Shown: one piece after another, positions 1 through 11,072 of the stretch | How positions within the stretch are numbered: position 1 is the first letter of the stretch | How the letters are laid out: every line of letters begins with the position of its first letter | Notes under the pieces: generated by a model | Database searches by the model: none | What the model saw: only the letters and a program-made list of their open reading frames with translations | What the model was told of the DNA's origin: nothing | Program-made: the position numbers and the translations under genes | From: a virus | Lineage: Duplodnaviria; Heunggongvirae; Uroviricota; Caudoviricetes | Length of the DNA: 27,110 nt | IMG/VR virus record: IMGVR_UViG_2534681878_000029 | Reading direction: 5' to 3' (one strand)

Positions 1-975
1 TTACACATCATTAGTACCTTCCTTATTTTTTGACTGGGACAAATTTGGGACCGATGGGTTCAGGATCGAGTCTATTTGCCGTGCGTGTTCGGTAAGGTGA
101 TTAGGTGCAAGGTGAGCATATCGACGAACCATTTCGATAGACTCCCAGCCTCCCATTTCCTGTAACACTGACAACGGGACTCCGGCTTGAACCAGCCAAC
201 TTGCCCAGGTGTGTCTCAAGTCGTGAAATCTGAAATCATCAATACCAGCCCGTCTCAGCGCCGCTTTCCAGGCTGTGTTTGCGTCATACCGCATCTTCCT
301 TACTGTTGGCGCTTTCGTTCCGTCTGGTTTGGTACAGCTTTCCTTGTACACAAATACCCAACGGTGATGATTACCGATTTGTTTTTTCAATACGCGACAT
401 GCAGTATCATTCAGCGCAACGCCAATTGCGCGGTTTGATTTACTCTCTTCCGGGTTTATCCATGCCACCCGGCGCTGCATATCTATTTGTTGCCATTCAA
501 GGTTGATGATGTTCGAGCGTCTTAAGCCTGTTGCCAGTGCAAATTCAACAACAGACTTTAATGGCTCCGGACATTCATCAATCAGCCTTTGTGCTTCATG
601 GGGCTCCAGCCAGCGGAGCCGTTTATTCTTTGGTTGAGGCACTTTAATAATTGGTGCCTTATCGAGCATTTTCCATTCACGCTCTGCGGCTCTTAGCAGG
701 GCCTTTATAAATGAAAGATGCGTAGCCTTCGTTGCAACGGACGCTGGTTTTGGCGTGTATTCTGGAACAGGTTTCCCTTTTTTTCTGCATGCTTCTGCCC
801 TGAGTTTCCAGTTTTCCTCATGACGCCGGTTCGTCATTTTCTGCATTGCTGAATAAATTTTTGATTCAGTAATGTCTCTTAGTTGCATTCCTGCGAAATG
901 TTGAAGCCAGAATCCGATCTGCTTTCCATTGAGCCTGTTTCTCTGCGCGACGTTCGCGGCGGCGTGTTTGTGCAT
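1..975 (-). CDS. int: Tyrosine recombinase (lambdoid prophage integrase); complete ORF with stop at 1-3
   Basis: 324 aa ORF with C-terminal catalytic signature HDLRHTWAS...VRRYAHL (His-x-x-Arg and Tyr nucleophile) typical of phage integrases. Lies at the edge of the lambdoid module. The N-terminal arm-binding region may be missing or frameshifted (overlapping ORF 866-1111). Confidence 0.85.
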   Translation of the reverse strand: MHKHAAANVAQRNRLNGKQIGFWLQHFAGMQLRDITESKIYSAMQKMTNRRHEENWKLRAEACRKKGKPVPEYTPKPASVATKATHLSFIKALLRAAEREWKMLDKAPIIKVPQPKNKRLRWLEPHEAQRLIDECPEPLKSVVEFALATGLRRSNIINLEWQQIDMQRRVAWINPEESKSNRAIGVALNDTACRVLKKQIGNHHRWVFVYKESCTKPDGTKAPTVRKMRYDANTAWKAALRRAGIDDFRFHDLRHTWASWLVQAGVPLSVLQEMGGWESIEMVRRYAHLAPNHLTEHARQIDSILNPSVPNLSQSKNKEGTNDV

Positions 976-1446
976 CCATCTGGATTCTCCTGTTAGTTAG
1001 CTTTGGTTGTGTGTGGGAGTCGTAGTCCTGAACGAAAACACCCCGCAATGGCACATTGGCTGCTAATCCGGATTCGCACTTCCGGCCAATGCTTCGTTTC
1101 GTATCACACACACCAAAGCCTTCTGCTTTGAATGCTGCCCTTCTTCAGGGCTTAATTTTTAAGAGCATCACCTTCATGGTGGTTAGTGCGTCCTGCTGAT
1201 GTGCTTAGTATCACCGCTAGTGGTATTTGTGTCAACACCGCCAGAGATAATTTATCACCGCAGATGGTTATCTGTATGTTTTTTATATAGATTTATTTTT
1301 TGCAGGGTTGTGTGGCTTGGGAGGTGATCGAGAGATCAGAATTGCGTTGTTTAGTGAGTTGCACCTATTAATTTTAAAATAAATACAATTGGTGAACCGC
1401 CCCGGGTTTCCTGGAGACTAAACTCCCTGAGAAAGAGGTAAACAGG

Positions 1447-1773
1447 ATGACTAAAAATACTCGTTTTTCCCCCGAAGTCCGTCAGCGGGCGATTCGTATG
1501 GTTCTGGAAAGTCAGGATGAATATGACTCACAGTGGGCGGCAATTTGTTCCATTGCCCCAAAGATTGGCTGTACGCCGGAGACTCTGCGTGTCTGGGTTC
1601 GCCAGCATGAGCGGGATACCGGGGGCGGTGATGGTGGGCTCACCAGCGCTGAACGTCAGCGTCTGAAAGAGCTGGAACGTGAAAATCGTGAACTGCGCCG
1701 CAGTAACGATATCCTTCGCCAGGCTTCCGCTTATTTTGCGAAGGCGGAGTTCGACCGCCTCTGGAAAAAATGA
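1447..1773 (+). CDS. IS3-family transposase OrfA (HTH/leucine-zipper part)
   Basis: 108 aa, [22 protein letters not shown]...; recognised from memory as IS629/IS1203-type OrfA. A second near-identical copy lies at 6565-6891 on the minus strand. Confidence 0.9.
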   Translation: MTKNTRFSPEVRQRAIRMVLESQDEYDSQWAAICSIAPKIGCTPETLRVWVRQHERDTGGGDGGLTSAERQRLKELERENRELRRSNDILRQASAYFAKAEFDRLWKK

Positions 1774-2660
1774 TGCCACTGCTGGATAAGCTGCGTGAGC
1801 AGTACGGGGTCGGACCGGTATGCAGCGAACTGCATATTGCCCCGTCAACGTATTACCATTGTCAGCAACAGCGACATCATCCGGATAAACGCAGTGCCCG
1901 TGCGCAGCACGACGACTGGCTGAAGAGAGAGATACAGCGCGTATACGATGAAAATCATCAGGTGTACGGTGTGCGTAAAGTCTGGCGTCAGTTGTTACGG
2001 GAAGGAATCAGGGTGGCCAGATGTACAGTGGCACGTCTCATGGCGGTTATGGGACTTGCCGGTGTTCTCCGGGGTAAAAAGGTCCGTACGACCATCAGCC
2101 GGAAAGCCGTTGCCGCAGGCGACCGCGTAAACCGTCAGTTCGTGGCAGAACGACCTGACCAGCTGTGGGTGGCTGATTTTACTTACGTCAGCACATGGCA
2201 GGGCTTCGTCTATGTGGCGTTTATCATTGATGTGTTTGCCGGATACATCGTGGGGTGGCGGGTCTCATCGTCTATGGAAACGACATTCGTGCTGGATGCG
2301 CTGGAGCAGGCGTTGTGGGCCCGTCGTCCGTCTGGCACCATCCATCACAGCGATAAAGGCTCTCAGTATGTGTCACTGGCCTATACGGAGCGACTAAAAG
2401 AAGCCGGATTACTGGCATCAACAGGGAGTACAGGCGACTCGTATGACAACGCGATGGCTGAGAGCATCAATGGTCTTTACAAAGCGGAGGTAATACACCG
2501 TAAGAGCTGGAAAAACCGTGCAGAAGTGGAACTGGCCACACTAACGTGGGTGGACTGGTATAACAATCGACGATTGCTGGGAAGGCTGGGCCATACTCCT
2601 CCGGCAGAAGCAGAAAAAGCTTATTATGCTTCCATCGGAAACGATGATCTGGCAGCCTGA
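1770..2660 (+). CDS. IS3-family transposase OrfB (DDE integrase-like catalytic domain)
   Basis: 296 aa, overlaps OrfA by 4 nt in the -1 frame; C-terminal portion matches the IS3/IS2 DDE transposase pattern; second copy at 5678-6568 on the minus strand. Confidence 0.9.
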   Translation: MMPLLDKLREQYGVGPVCSELHIAPSTYYHCQQQRHHPDKRSARAQHDDWLKREIQRVYDENHQVYGVRKVWRQLLREGIRVARCTVARLMAVMGLAGVLRGKKVRTTISRKAVAAGDRVNRQFVAERPDQLWVADFTYVSTWQGFVYVAFIIDVFAGYIVGWRVSSSMETTFVLDALEQALWARRPSGTIHHSDKGSQYVSLAYTERLKEAGLLASTGSTGDSYDNAMAESINGLYKAEVIHRKSWKNRAEVELATLTWVDWYNNRRLLGRLGHTPPAEAEKAYYASIGNDDLAA

Positions 2661-2701
2661 GTTCACAGATAAAACACTCTCCAGGAAACCCGGGGCGGTT
2701 C

Positions 2702-3054
2702 AAGGCTGTTTTTCGAGTTTTTCTTAACTCTTCATGCAGCTCCGTTCTCAGAATATATGATTTTTCGAGTTTGAAATTCTTGCGACCAGGCGTCTTATTG
2801 CCAGGCTCAGGAAGTGGAAGGCGTGTTTGAATGTCGAGTGGTGGACAGTCATAGAAGTAAATTCTATAAAGCTCAAGCGGTTCCCTACGTTCTTGTGATT
2901 GACGTTTTCCATTAAGATGGGAAAGAACCATTGACCATATTACTTTCATTATGCATTGCGCAGTCAGTTCATGCTCGGCGAAGTGTTTACGATGCGTAGC
3001 ATGAACACGCTGCATGAAAAAACCCGCATCAATTAAAATTGCTGCTTTCTTCAT
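2702..3054 (-). pseudogene. cI-downstream gene of unknown function, 5' ~117 codons retained, 3' end replaced by IS629
   Basis: ORF starts 128 bp downstream of the cI stop (the position rexA occupies in lambda) with MKKAAILIDAGFF...; from residue ~118 the reading frame runs into the antisense of IS629, so the native 3' end is lost. Confidence 0.5.
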
Positions 3055-3181
3055 AAGAGTCCCAAAAAAATAGCCCAGAGCCGTTATGCAGATATTAACA
3101 ATTGTCTGCGAACGGGGCTGGGCTTGGTTTAATTAATCTATGCCAAGTTGACTGTGCCGTCAACATAAAACTTACTTCCTA

Positions 3182-3898
<717 letters not shown>

Positions 3899-3905
3899 TT
3901 AAATC

Positions 3906-3969
3906 TATCACCGCAAGGGATAAATATCTAACACCGCGCGTGTTGACTACTTTACCTCTGGCGGTGATA
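3906..3969. promoter_or_regulatory. Lambda right operator OR3-OR2-OR1 with divergent PRM/PR promoters
   Basis: OR3 TATCACCGCAAGGGATA (3906-3922), OR2 TAACACCGCGCGTGTTG (3929-3945), OR1 TACCTCTGGCGGTGATA (3953-3969). PR -35 TTGACT (3943-3948) and -10 GATAAT (3966-3971). cro SD AAGGAGG at 3985-3991. Confidence 0.9.
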
Positions 3970-3986
3970 ATGGTTGCATGTACTAA

Positions 3987-4196
<210 letters not shown>

Positions 4197-4203
4197 ATAA
4201 CCC

Positions 4204-4235
4204 CGCTCTTACACATTCCAGCCCTGAAAAAGGGC
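4204..4235 (+). promoter_or_regulatory. nutR antitermination site (boxA CGCTCTTACA, boxB hairpin GCCCTGAAAAAGGGC)
   Basis: Canonical lambda nutR boxA/boxB sequence immediately downstream of cro; boxB is a perfect 5-bp stem with a GAAAA loop. Confidence 0.8.
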
Positions 4236-4314
4236 ATCCAATTAAACCACACCTATGGTGTATGCATTTATTTGCATACATTCAATCAATTGTTATCTAA
4301 GGAAATACTTACAT

Positions 4315-4608
4315 ATGGTTCGTGCAAACAAACGCAACGAGGCTCTACGAATCGAGAGTGCGTTGCTTAACAAAATCGCAATGCTTGGAACTGAGAAGAC
4401 AGCGGAAGCTGTGGGAGTTGATAAGTCGCAGATCAGCAGGTGGAAGAGAGACTGGATTCCAAAGTTCTCAATGCTGCTTGCTGTTCTTGAATGGGGGGTC
4501 GTTGACGACGACATGGCTCGATTGGCGCGACAAGTTGCTGCGATTCTCACCAATAAAAAACGCCCGGCGGCAACCGAGCGTTCTGAACAAATCCAGATGG
4601 AGTTCTGA
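4315..4608 (+). CDS. cII: Lambda-type CII transcriptional activator
   Basis: 97 aa from the ATG at 4315 (MVRANKRNEALRIESALLNKIAMLGTEKTAEAVGVDKSQISRWKRDWIPKF...). The upstream extension in the ORF track is not used. A TTGC-N6-TTGC CII-binding motif of PRE is present antisense at ~4323-4338. Confidence 0.95.
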   Translation: MVRANKRNEALRIESALLNKIAMLGTEKTAEAVGVDKSQISRWKRDWIPKFSMLLAVLEWGVVDDDMARLARQVAAILTNKKRPAATERSEQIQMEF

Positions 4609-4640
4609 GGTCATTACTGGATCTATCAACAGGAGTCATT

Positions 4641-5563
4641 ATGACAAATACAGCAAAAATACTCAACTTCGGCAGAGGTAACTTTGCCGGACAGGAGCGT
4701 AATGTGGCAGATCTCGATGATGGTTACGCCAGACTATCAAATATGCTGCTTGAGGCTTATTCGGGCGCAGATCTGACCAAGCGACAGTTTAAAGTGCTGC
4801 TTGCCATTCTGCGTAAAACCTATGGGTGGAATAAACCAATGGACAGAATCACCGATTCTCAACTTAGCGAGATTACAAAGTTACCTGTCAAACGGTGCAA
4901 TGAAGCCAAGTTAGAACTCGTCAGAATGAATATTATCAAGCAGCAAGGCGGCATGTTTGGACCAAATAAAAACATCTCAGAATGGTGTATCCCTCAAAAC
5001 GAGGGAAAATCCCCTAAAACGAGGGATAAAACATCCCTCAAATTGGGGGATTGCTATCCCTCAAATTGGGGGATTGCTATCCCTCAAAACAGGGGGACAC
5101 AAAAGACACTATTACAAAAGAAAAAAGAAAAGATTATTCGTCCGAGAATTCTGGCGAATCCTCTGACCAGCCAGAAAACGATCTTTCTGTGGTTAAACCG
5201 GATGCTGCAATTCAGAGCGGCAGCAAGTGGGGAACAGCAGAAGACCTGACCGCCGCAGAGTGGATGTTTGACATGGTGAAGACCATCGCGCCATCAGCCA
5301 GAAAACCGAATTTTGCTGGGTGGGCTAACGATATCCGCCTGATGCGTGAACGTGACGGACGTAACCACCGCGATATGTGTGTGCTTTTCCGCTGGGCCTG
5401 CCAGGACAACTTCTGGTCCGGTAACGTGCTGAGTCCGGCCAAACTCCGCGACAAGTGGACCCAGCTCGAAATCAACCGTAACAAGCAACAGGCAGGCGTG
5501 ACAGCCAGCAAACCAAAACTCGACCTGACAAACACTGACTGGATTTACGGGGTGGATTTATGA
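4641..5563 (+). pseudogene. O: Lambda-type replication initiator O, frameshifted inside the ori iteron region
   Basis: N-terminal 140 aa in frame 0 (ORF 4641-5249) and C-terminal ~160 aa in frame +2 (ORF 5051-5563), both matching lambda O. The frame break coincides with a 23-bp tandem duplication of an iteron plus spacer. Confidence 0.8.
4989..5097 (+). repeat. ori-lambda iterons, five copies (one more than canonical), followed by an AT-rich tract
   Basis: ATCCCTCAAAACGAGGGA (4989-5006), ATCCCCTAAAACGAGGGA (5009-5026), ATCCCTCAAATTGGGGGA (5033-5050), TTGCT spacer, ATCCCTCAAATTGGGGGA (5056-5073), TTGCT spacer, ATCCCTCAAAACAGGGGGA (5079-5097); then the A-rich stretch at 5100-5135. Confidence 0.85.
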
Positions 5564-5635
5564 AAAACATCGCCGCACAGATGGTTAACTTTGACCGTGA
5601 GCAGATGCGTCGGATCGCCAACATCGATAACCAGG
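5560..5635 (+). pseudogene. P: Lambda-type P (helicase loader) 5' fragment, truncated by IS629 copy 2
   Basis: MKNIAAQMVNFDREQMRRIAN matches the lambda P N-terminus; the reading frame then enters the IS629 terminal repeat at 5636. Confidence 0.8.
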
Positions 5636-5677
5636 TGAACCGCCCCGGGTTTCCTGGAGAGTGTTTTATCTGTGAAC

Positions 5678-6568
5678 TCAGGCTGCCAGATCATCGTTTC
5701 CGATGGAAGCATAATAAGCTTTTTCTGCTTCTGCCGGAGGGATATGACCCAGCCTTCCCAGCAATCGTCGATTGTTATACCAGTCCACCCACGTGAGTGT
5801 GGCCAGTTCCACTTCTGCACGGTTTTTCCAGCTCTTACGGTGTATTACCTCCGCTTTGTAAAGACCATTGATGCTCTCCGCCATCGCGTTGTCATACGAG
5901 TCACCTGTACTCCCTGTTGATGCCAGCAGTTTTGCTTCTTTTAGTCGCTCCGTATAGGCCAGTGATACATACTGAGAACCTTTATCACTGTGATGGACTG
6001 TGCCGGACGGCCGACGGGCCCACAACGCCTGCTCCAGTGCATCCAGCACGAATGTCGTTTCCATAGACGATGAGACTCGCCACCCCACGATGTATCCGGC
6101 AAACACATCAATGATAAACGCCACATAGACGAAGCCCTGCCATGTGCTGACGTAAGTAAAATCAGCCACCCACAGCTGGTCAGGTCGTTCTGCCACGAAC
6201 TGACGGTTTACGCGGTCGCCTGCGGCAACGGCTTTCCGGCTGATGGTCGTACGGACCTTTTTACCCCGGAGAACACCGGCAAGTCCCATAACCGCCATGA
6301 GACGTGCCACTGTACATCTGGCCACCCTGATTCCTTCCCGTAACAACTGACGCCAGACTTTACGCACACCGTACACCTGATGATTTTCATCGTATACGCG
6401 CTGTATCTCTCTCTTCAGCCAGTCGTCGTGCTGCGCACGGGCACTGCGTTTATCCGGATGATGTCGCTGTTGCTGACAATGGTAATACGTTGACGGGGCA
6501 ATATGCAGTTCGCTGCATACCGGTCCGACCCCGTACTGCTCACGCAGCTTATCCAGCAGTGGCATCAT
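5678..6568 (-). CDS. IS3-family transposase OrfB (copy 2)
   Basis: 296 aa, ~99% identical to the 1770-2660 product (e.g. I192V, G212K, T278I differences). Confidence 0.9.
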   Translation of the reverse strand: MMPLLDKLREQYGVGPVCSELHIAPSTYYHCQQQRHHPDKRSARAQHDDWLKREIQRVYDENHQVYGVRKVWRQLLREGIRVARCTVARLMAVMGLAGVLRGKKVRTTISRKAVAAGDRVNRQFVAERPDQLWVADFTYVSTWQGFVYVAFIIDVFAGYIVGWRVSSSMETTFVLDALEQALWARRPSGTVHHSDKGSQYVSLAYTERLKEAKLLASTGSTGDSYDNAMAESINGLYKAEVIHRKSWKNRAEVELATLTWVDWYNNRRLLGRLGHIPPAEAEKAYYASIGNDDLAA

Positions 6569-6891
6569 TTTTTCCAGAGGCGGTCGAACTCCGCCTTCGC
6601 AAAATAAGCGGAAGCCTGGCGAAGGATATCGTTACTGCGGCGCAGTTCACGATTTTCACGTTCCAGCTCTTTCAGACGCTGACGTTCAGCGCTGGTGAGC
6701 CCACCATCACCGCCCCCGGTATCCCGCTCATGCTGGCGAACCCAGACACGCAGAGTCTCCGGCGTACAGCCAATCTTTGGGGCAATGGAACAAATTGCCG
6801 CCCACTGTGAGTCATATTCATCCTGACTTTCCAGAACCATACGAATCGCCCGCTGACGGACTTCGGGGGAAAAACGAGTATTTTTAGTCAT
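6565..6891 (-). CDS. IS3-family transposase OrfA (copy 2)
   Basis: C-terminal 108 aa of the 316-aa track ORF are identical to OrfA of copy 1; the ATG is at 6889-6891 (reverse strand). The upstream 208 aa of the track ORF are antisense read-through and not called. Confidence 0.9.
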   Translation of the reverse strand: MTKNTRFSPEVRQRAIRMVLESQDEYDSQWAAICSIAPKIGCTPETLRVWVRQHERDTGGGDGGLTSAERQRLKELERENRELRRSNDILRQASAYFAKAEFDRLWKK

Positions 6892-6944
6892 CCTGTTTAC
6901 CTCTTTCTCAGGGAGTTTAGTCTCCAGGATTTCCGGGCGGTTCA

Positions 6945-7977
6945 AGGACATGACGATATCGGTCTGGGTCTTTCCTGATACTGATATTTCAGATGTATCG
7001 CGTGAGTTAATTGCGGCAATTAAACAGGGGTATCTAACAGTAAAAGCCGCCGGGGTATGGGCGGGGGGCATTGAAACACCTTCGGTGGAAACTCCATCGG
7101 AAGGCTCTAAATTTTTTGGTTTTGATATGGATAACGAATTCATCAGTGGTTTTGATGTAGGGGCATGGGGAGTATTACTCTGATGGCGAAAAATGACTTT
7201 AAAGCGTTTGCAACTGATCGAAATGCCAATGTTATGTCGCAGGAGGAATGGGAAGCGTTGCCTGCGCTTATATCCGGATTTACAGCAGGGAAAGCATCCA
7301 GTGCGCAAGTCAATAAGGTTATTCGGCAGGCCAGCTTTATTGCTGCAGCTCTGGCCCAGTTTGTAAGTGATAAAACGCAACGGGATGTGCTTGATAATGG
7401 TGATCTGCCCGGTTTTGTTGAATTGCTGGGATCGGGGTTTGCTGTTGAATACCTGAGCCGCAAGAATCCGTTTGGCGATATCAAATCGGACGGCACGGTG
7501 AAAACGGCTCTTCAAAACCTTGGTTTGGGAGAAGGTGCTCCAGCTATTGGCGTTCCGTTCTTCTGGCCGTCCGCTGCAATGCCAAATACTGTAATCGACA
7601 GCTGGTCCTGTATGGTGTTTTTGAAGTTCAACGGCGCGAAATTCTCTGCCACTGATTATCCTGTGCTGGCGAAAGTGTTTCCTTCGCTGGTATTACCTGA
7701 AGCCCGCGGTGATTTCATTCGTATCTGGGATGACGGGCGAGGTGCAGACGGTGGTCGCGAATTATTAAGCTGGCAGGCAGCTACAAACTTTTCTCAGTTT
7801 GCCGGGAATATAGGCGAAGGTGCGGGACACGCAATTAACTTTCATGATGGCATCGCCGGAAATCAGCCAGGATTTTCACGATTTAATTTCACCAGTAACT
7901 CTGTGGGTGATGGTGTGAATTTTGTTGCAGTCAGACCGCGAAATATTGCATTTAACTTTCTGGTGAGGGCTAAATAA
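6945..7977 (+). pseudogene. stf: Side tail fibre gene 3' remnant (C-terminal receptor-binding segment), 5' end removed at the IS629 junction
   Basis: ORF 7165-7977 (270 aa) is immediately followed by a tail-fibre assembly gene. The preceding 220 bp are open in another frame (6950-7183). No N-terminal tail-fibre shaft is present because the IS629 end is at 6944. Confidence 0.65.
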
Positions 7978-8570
7978 TGAAACCTGTTTTTGATGAAAAT
8001 GGGCTGGCTACAGTGCCGGGCGATATGCGTTGTTTTTATTATGATGCTGAAACATCTGAGTATACGGGCTGGTCTGATGAATATATTAATACTGGCGTAA
8101 GTATGCCCGCCTGTTCCACTGGTATTGACCCTGGCGAAAACATTCCGGGAAGAGTGGCAGTATTTACAGGTAAGGGATGGAGCCATGAAGAAGACCATCG
8201 CAATGAGACTGTTTACTCAATCGAAAATGGCGCAGCTGTTACAGTGGATTATATCGGTGCCATCAAAGACGGTTATGTCACGATTTCACCGTTAACGCCA
8301 TACGATAAATGGGATGGTGAGAAATGGGTGACAGACACTGAGGCACAACACAGTGCCGCAGTAGACGCGGCAGAAGCACAGCGCCAATCACTGATTGATG
8401 CAGCAATGGCTTCCATTAGTCTGATTCAGCTGAAGTTACAGGCCGGACGGAAACTGACTCAGGCAGAAACAACCCGACTTAACGCCGTGCTGGATTACAT
8501 TGACGCGGTGACGGCAACAGATACCAGCACCGCGCCGGATGTCATCTGGCCTGAACTGCCGGAGGCGTAG
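7977..8570 (+). CDS. tfa: Tail fibre assembly protein (Tfa-like chaperone)
   Basis: 197 aa; start overlaps the stf stop (TAATG). Its C-terminal motif ...LDYIDAVTATDTSTAPDVIWPELPEA has a counterpart in the convergent paralogue at 8542-8994 (...LDYLDALELVDTSGAPDIEWPTPPAVQAR). Confidence 0.85.
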   Translation: MKPVFDENGLATVPGDMRCFYYDAETSEYTGWSDEYINTGVSMPACSTGIDPGENIPGRVAVFTGKGWSHEEDHRNETVYSIENGAAVTVDYIGAIKDGYVTISPLTPYDKWDGEKWVTDTEAQHSAAVDAAEAQRQSLIDAAMASISLIQLKLQAGRKLTQAETTRLNAVLDYIDAVTATDTSTAPDVIWPELPEA

Positions 8571-8994
8571 GCCATTCAATATCTGGCGCACCGGAAGTAT
8601 CGACCAGCTCCAGTGCGTCCAGATAATCCAGCCACAAATTATATTGCGTCAGTTCGTCACCTTTCAGACGACCAATAGCCGCTTTACCGGGCCATTGCTT
8701 ACTGTTCATGTATTCGTTGGCCTGGTTAATTAGTAGCTGTCTTTCTGATTCAGTAATTTCAATAAGCTCTTCATGCGTGGGTGGAGGAATATCTGCCCAC
8801 GCAGGCAGCCCATCATCTCCGGCAATACGGATTTTTCCTTGTGGCGGTTCAGCCATAAACTCACTGATAATATTTTGATTTACTTCCTTAGCGTCTGATA
8901 AATCCCATCCCTCTGATTTATATTTATCAATCATATCCACAGGGAAAAAAGCATTATGCCTTGCGCTATAAACATATTCGTCCATATAAATCAC
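8542..8994 (-). CDS. Alternative tail fibre assembly protein (inverted-orientation paralogue)
   Basis: 150 aa, convergent with tfa and overlapping its 3' end; shares the C-terminal Tfa motif. This arrangement is typical of Pin/Gin/Cin invertible host-range cassettes. Confidence 0.8.
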   Translation of the reverse strand: MIYMDEYVYSARHNAFFPVDMIDKYKSEGWDLSDAKEVNQNIISEFMAEPPQGKIRIAGDDGLPAWADIPPPTHEELIEITESERQLLINQANEYMNSKQWPGKAAIGRLKGDELTQYNLWLDYLDALELVDTSGAPDIEWPTPPAVQAR

Positions 8995-9005
8995 CCTGAA
9001 TAAAA

Positions 9006-9419
9006 TTACTCACCAACAGCCCACCAACTGTAATTCATCGATACCGTGTCGCTGGTTGATGACGTTCTGTAAGCAGAATTAAAGCCGGTTAACGTTGGGC
9101 CTTCTGCAGTCATCACGAACCCTCGCCCAGCGCCTAAAGGCGCACCGCCATCACCAGAATGAGTAAGCATGGCGCAGTCCGCTTTTTTGGGGAAAGGGAT
9201 GCTGAATGTAATTCTCATTGTTTGCGTCGATAATGTCGGCGTAACCGCACCACGACCATATTGCAGGATTTTCCCGTTGGGTAATTTCATCCATCCATTA
9301 CCACTGGCAAAAGAGGCCATGTCCGGTATCTGATTTTCCCCTGTCCCCACATCCCGTTTTGCCGCTTCTCCCAAACCAACGTTTATGAAAATGCAGAAAT
9401 AACGAGCAAATGGCATCAT
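9006..9419 (-). CDS. Alternative tail fibre C-terminal cassette (silent orientation, no independent promoter expected)
   Basis: 137 aa ORF ending just upstream of the alternative tfa; Gly/Ser/Thr-rich like fibre tips; its 5' end overlaps the candidate crossover site at 9364-9389. Confidence 0.55.
   Translation of the reverse strand: MMPFARYFCIFINVGLGEAAKRDVGTGENQIPDMASFASGNGWMKLPNGKILQYGRGAVTPTLSTQTMRITFSIPFPKKADCAMLTHSGDGGAPLGAGRGFVMTAEGPTLTGFNSAYRTSSTSDTVSMNYSWWAVGE
9364..9389. promoter_or_regulatory. Candidate invertase crossover site (gix/pix-like 26-bp site)
   Basis: TTCTCCCAAACCAACGTTTATGAAAA fits the dyad pattern TTnnCnnAAACC-nn-GGTTTnnGnnAA known for Gin/Hin/Pin sites and lies just upstream of pin. 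I could not unambiguously locate the partner site. Confidence 0.45.
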
Positions 9420-9445
9420 TCCTGCTTTTGTCAGGGAGATCTACC

Positions 9446-10000
9446 ATGCTTATTGGCTATGTACGTGTGTCAACAAATGACCAGAACACAGATCTACAAC
9501 GTAATGCGCTGAACTGTGCAGGATGCGAGCTGATTTTTGAAGACAAGATAAGCGGTACAAAGTCCGAAAGGCCGGGACTGAAAAAACTGCTCAGGACATT
9601 ATCGGCAGGTGACACTCTGGTTGTCTGGAAACTGGATCGGCTGGGGCGCAGTATGCGGCATCTGGTCATTCTGGTTGAGGAGTTGCGCGAACGTGGCGTT
9701 AATTTTCGCAGCCTGACGGATGCTATTGATACCAGTACCCCAATGGGGCGCTTTTTCTTTCATGTGATGGGGGCCCTGGCTGAAATGGAACGAGAACTGA
9801 TTGTTGAACGAACAAAAGCTGGACTGGAAGCTGCTCGCGCACAGGGACGAATTGGTGGACGTCGTCCCAAACTTACACCAGAACAATGGGCGCAGGCCGG
9901 ACGATTAATTGCAGCAGGAATTCCTCGCCAGAAGGTAGCGATCATCTATGATGTTGGTGTATCGACACTGTATAAGAAGTTTCCGGCCGGAGATAAATGA
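9446..10000 (+). CDS. pin: Serine DNA invertase of the Pin/Gin/Hin family
   Basis: 184 aa from the ATG at 9446 (SD AGGGAG at 9434-9439): MLIGYVRVSTNDQNTDLQRNAL...VVWKLDRLGRSM...GRIGGRRPKL...; resolvase N-domain with catalytic Ser and C-terminal HTH. Confidence 0.9.
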   Translation: MLIGYVRVSTNDQNTDLQRNALNCAGCELIFEDKISGTKSERPGLKKLLRTLSAGDTLVVWKLDRLGRSMRHLVILVEELRERGVNFRSLTDAIDTSTPMGRFFFHVMGALAEMERELIVERTKAGLEAARAQGRIGGRRPKLTPEQWAQAGRLIAAGIPRQKVAIIYDVGVSTLYKKFPAGDK

Positions 10001-10057
10001 AACCGTAGCACGTCGTATGCAAGATCGTGCTGCGGTTTATGCTTACCACTTGAAGAT

Positions 10058-10927
<870 letters not shown>

Positions 10928-11010
10928 CTAACCCTTTGAATTTACATAGCGCAAAAAGATACCTTTCCTCATAATGTGAGCTAATTTTATGTTTCGTTTG
11001 ATGATCGGGT

Positions 11011-11072
11011 CGGTCTCGAAAACCGGAGTAGGGGCAACTCTACCGGGGGTTCAAATCCCCCTCTCTCCGCCA
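11011..11072 (+). tRNA. Partial tRNA-Ser (anticodon CGA, serU-like), 3' ~62 nt only: att-site remnant, not a functional gene
   Basis: CGGTCTCGAAAACCGGAGTAGGGGCAACTCTACCGGGGGTTCAAATCCCCCTCTCTCCGCCA matches the 3' part of enterobacterial tRNA-Ser(CGA) from the anticodon stem onward; the 5' D-arm and acceptor strand are absent. Confidence 0.8.

Larger units (their letters stand above)
1393..2701 (+). mobile_element. IS629-like IS3-family insertion sequence, copy 1 (~1309 bp)
   Basis: Terminal inverted repeats TGAACCGCCCCGGGTTTCCTGGAGA at 1393 and its reverse complement ending at 2701. Two overlapping ORFs (OrfA/OrfB) in -1 frame arrangement with an A-run at the overlap (1760s), typical of IS3-family programmed frameshifting. 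Confidence 0.9.
5636..6944 (-). mobile_element. IS629-like IS3-family insertion sequence, copy 2, inverted relative to copy 1
   Basis: TGAACCGCCCCGGGTTTCCTGGAGA at 5636 (OrfB side). Imperfect repeat at 6921-6944 (reverse complement TGAACCGCCCGGAAATCCTGGAGA, OrfA side). OrfB 5678-6568 and OrfA 6565-6891 on the minus strand, a few substitutions relative to copy 1. Confidence 0.9.

Noticed and set aside
866-1111. 81-aa ORF overlapping the integrase 5' end, possibly a frameshifted integrase N-terminus
   Set aside because: The peptide is Arg/Gln-rich with no recognisable arm-binding motif. I cannot distinguish a frameshifted N-terminus from a spurious overlap, so it is only mentioned in the integrase evidence.
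2467-3054. 195-aa ORF treated as an intact gene downstream of cI
   Set aside because: Residues beyond ~117 are the antisense translation of IS629 copy 1 (the same peptide [24 protein letters not shown]... appears at 5560-5796 reading into copy 2). Only 2702-3054 is native and it is called as a truncated gene.
4989-5097. Regularly spaced ~18-bp repeats that could be mistaken for a CRISPR array
   Set aside because: The repeats are internally palindromic, lie inside the O coding sequence and match the lambda ori iterons. There are no unique spacers of CRISPR length and no cas genes.
6565-7515. 316-aa ORF on the minus strand that would be a long transposase fusion
   Set aside because: Only the C-terminal 108 aa (6565-6891) match IS629 OrfA. 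The upstream 208 aa are antisense read-through of the tail-fibre remnant beyond the IS terminal repeat at 6944 and have no independent support.
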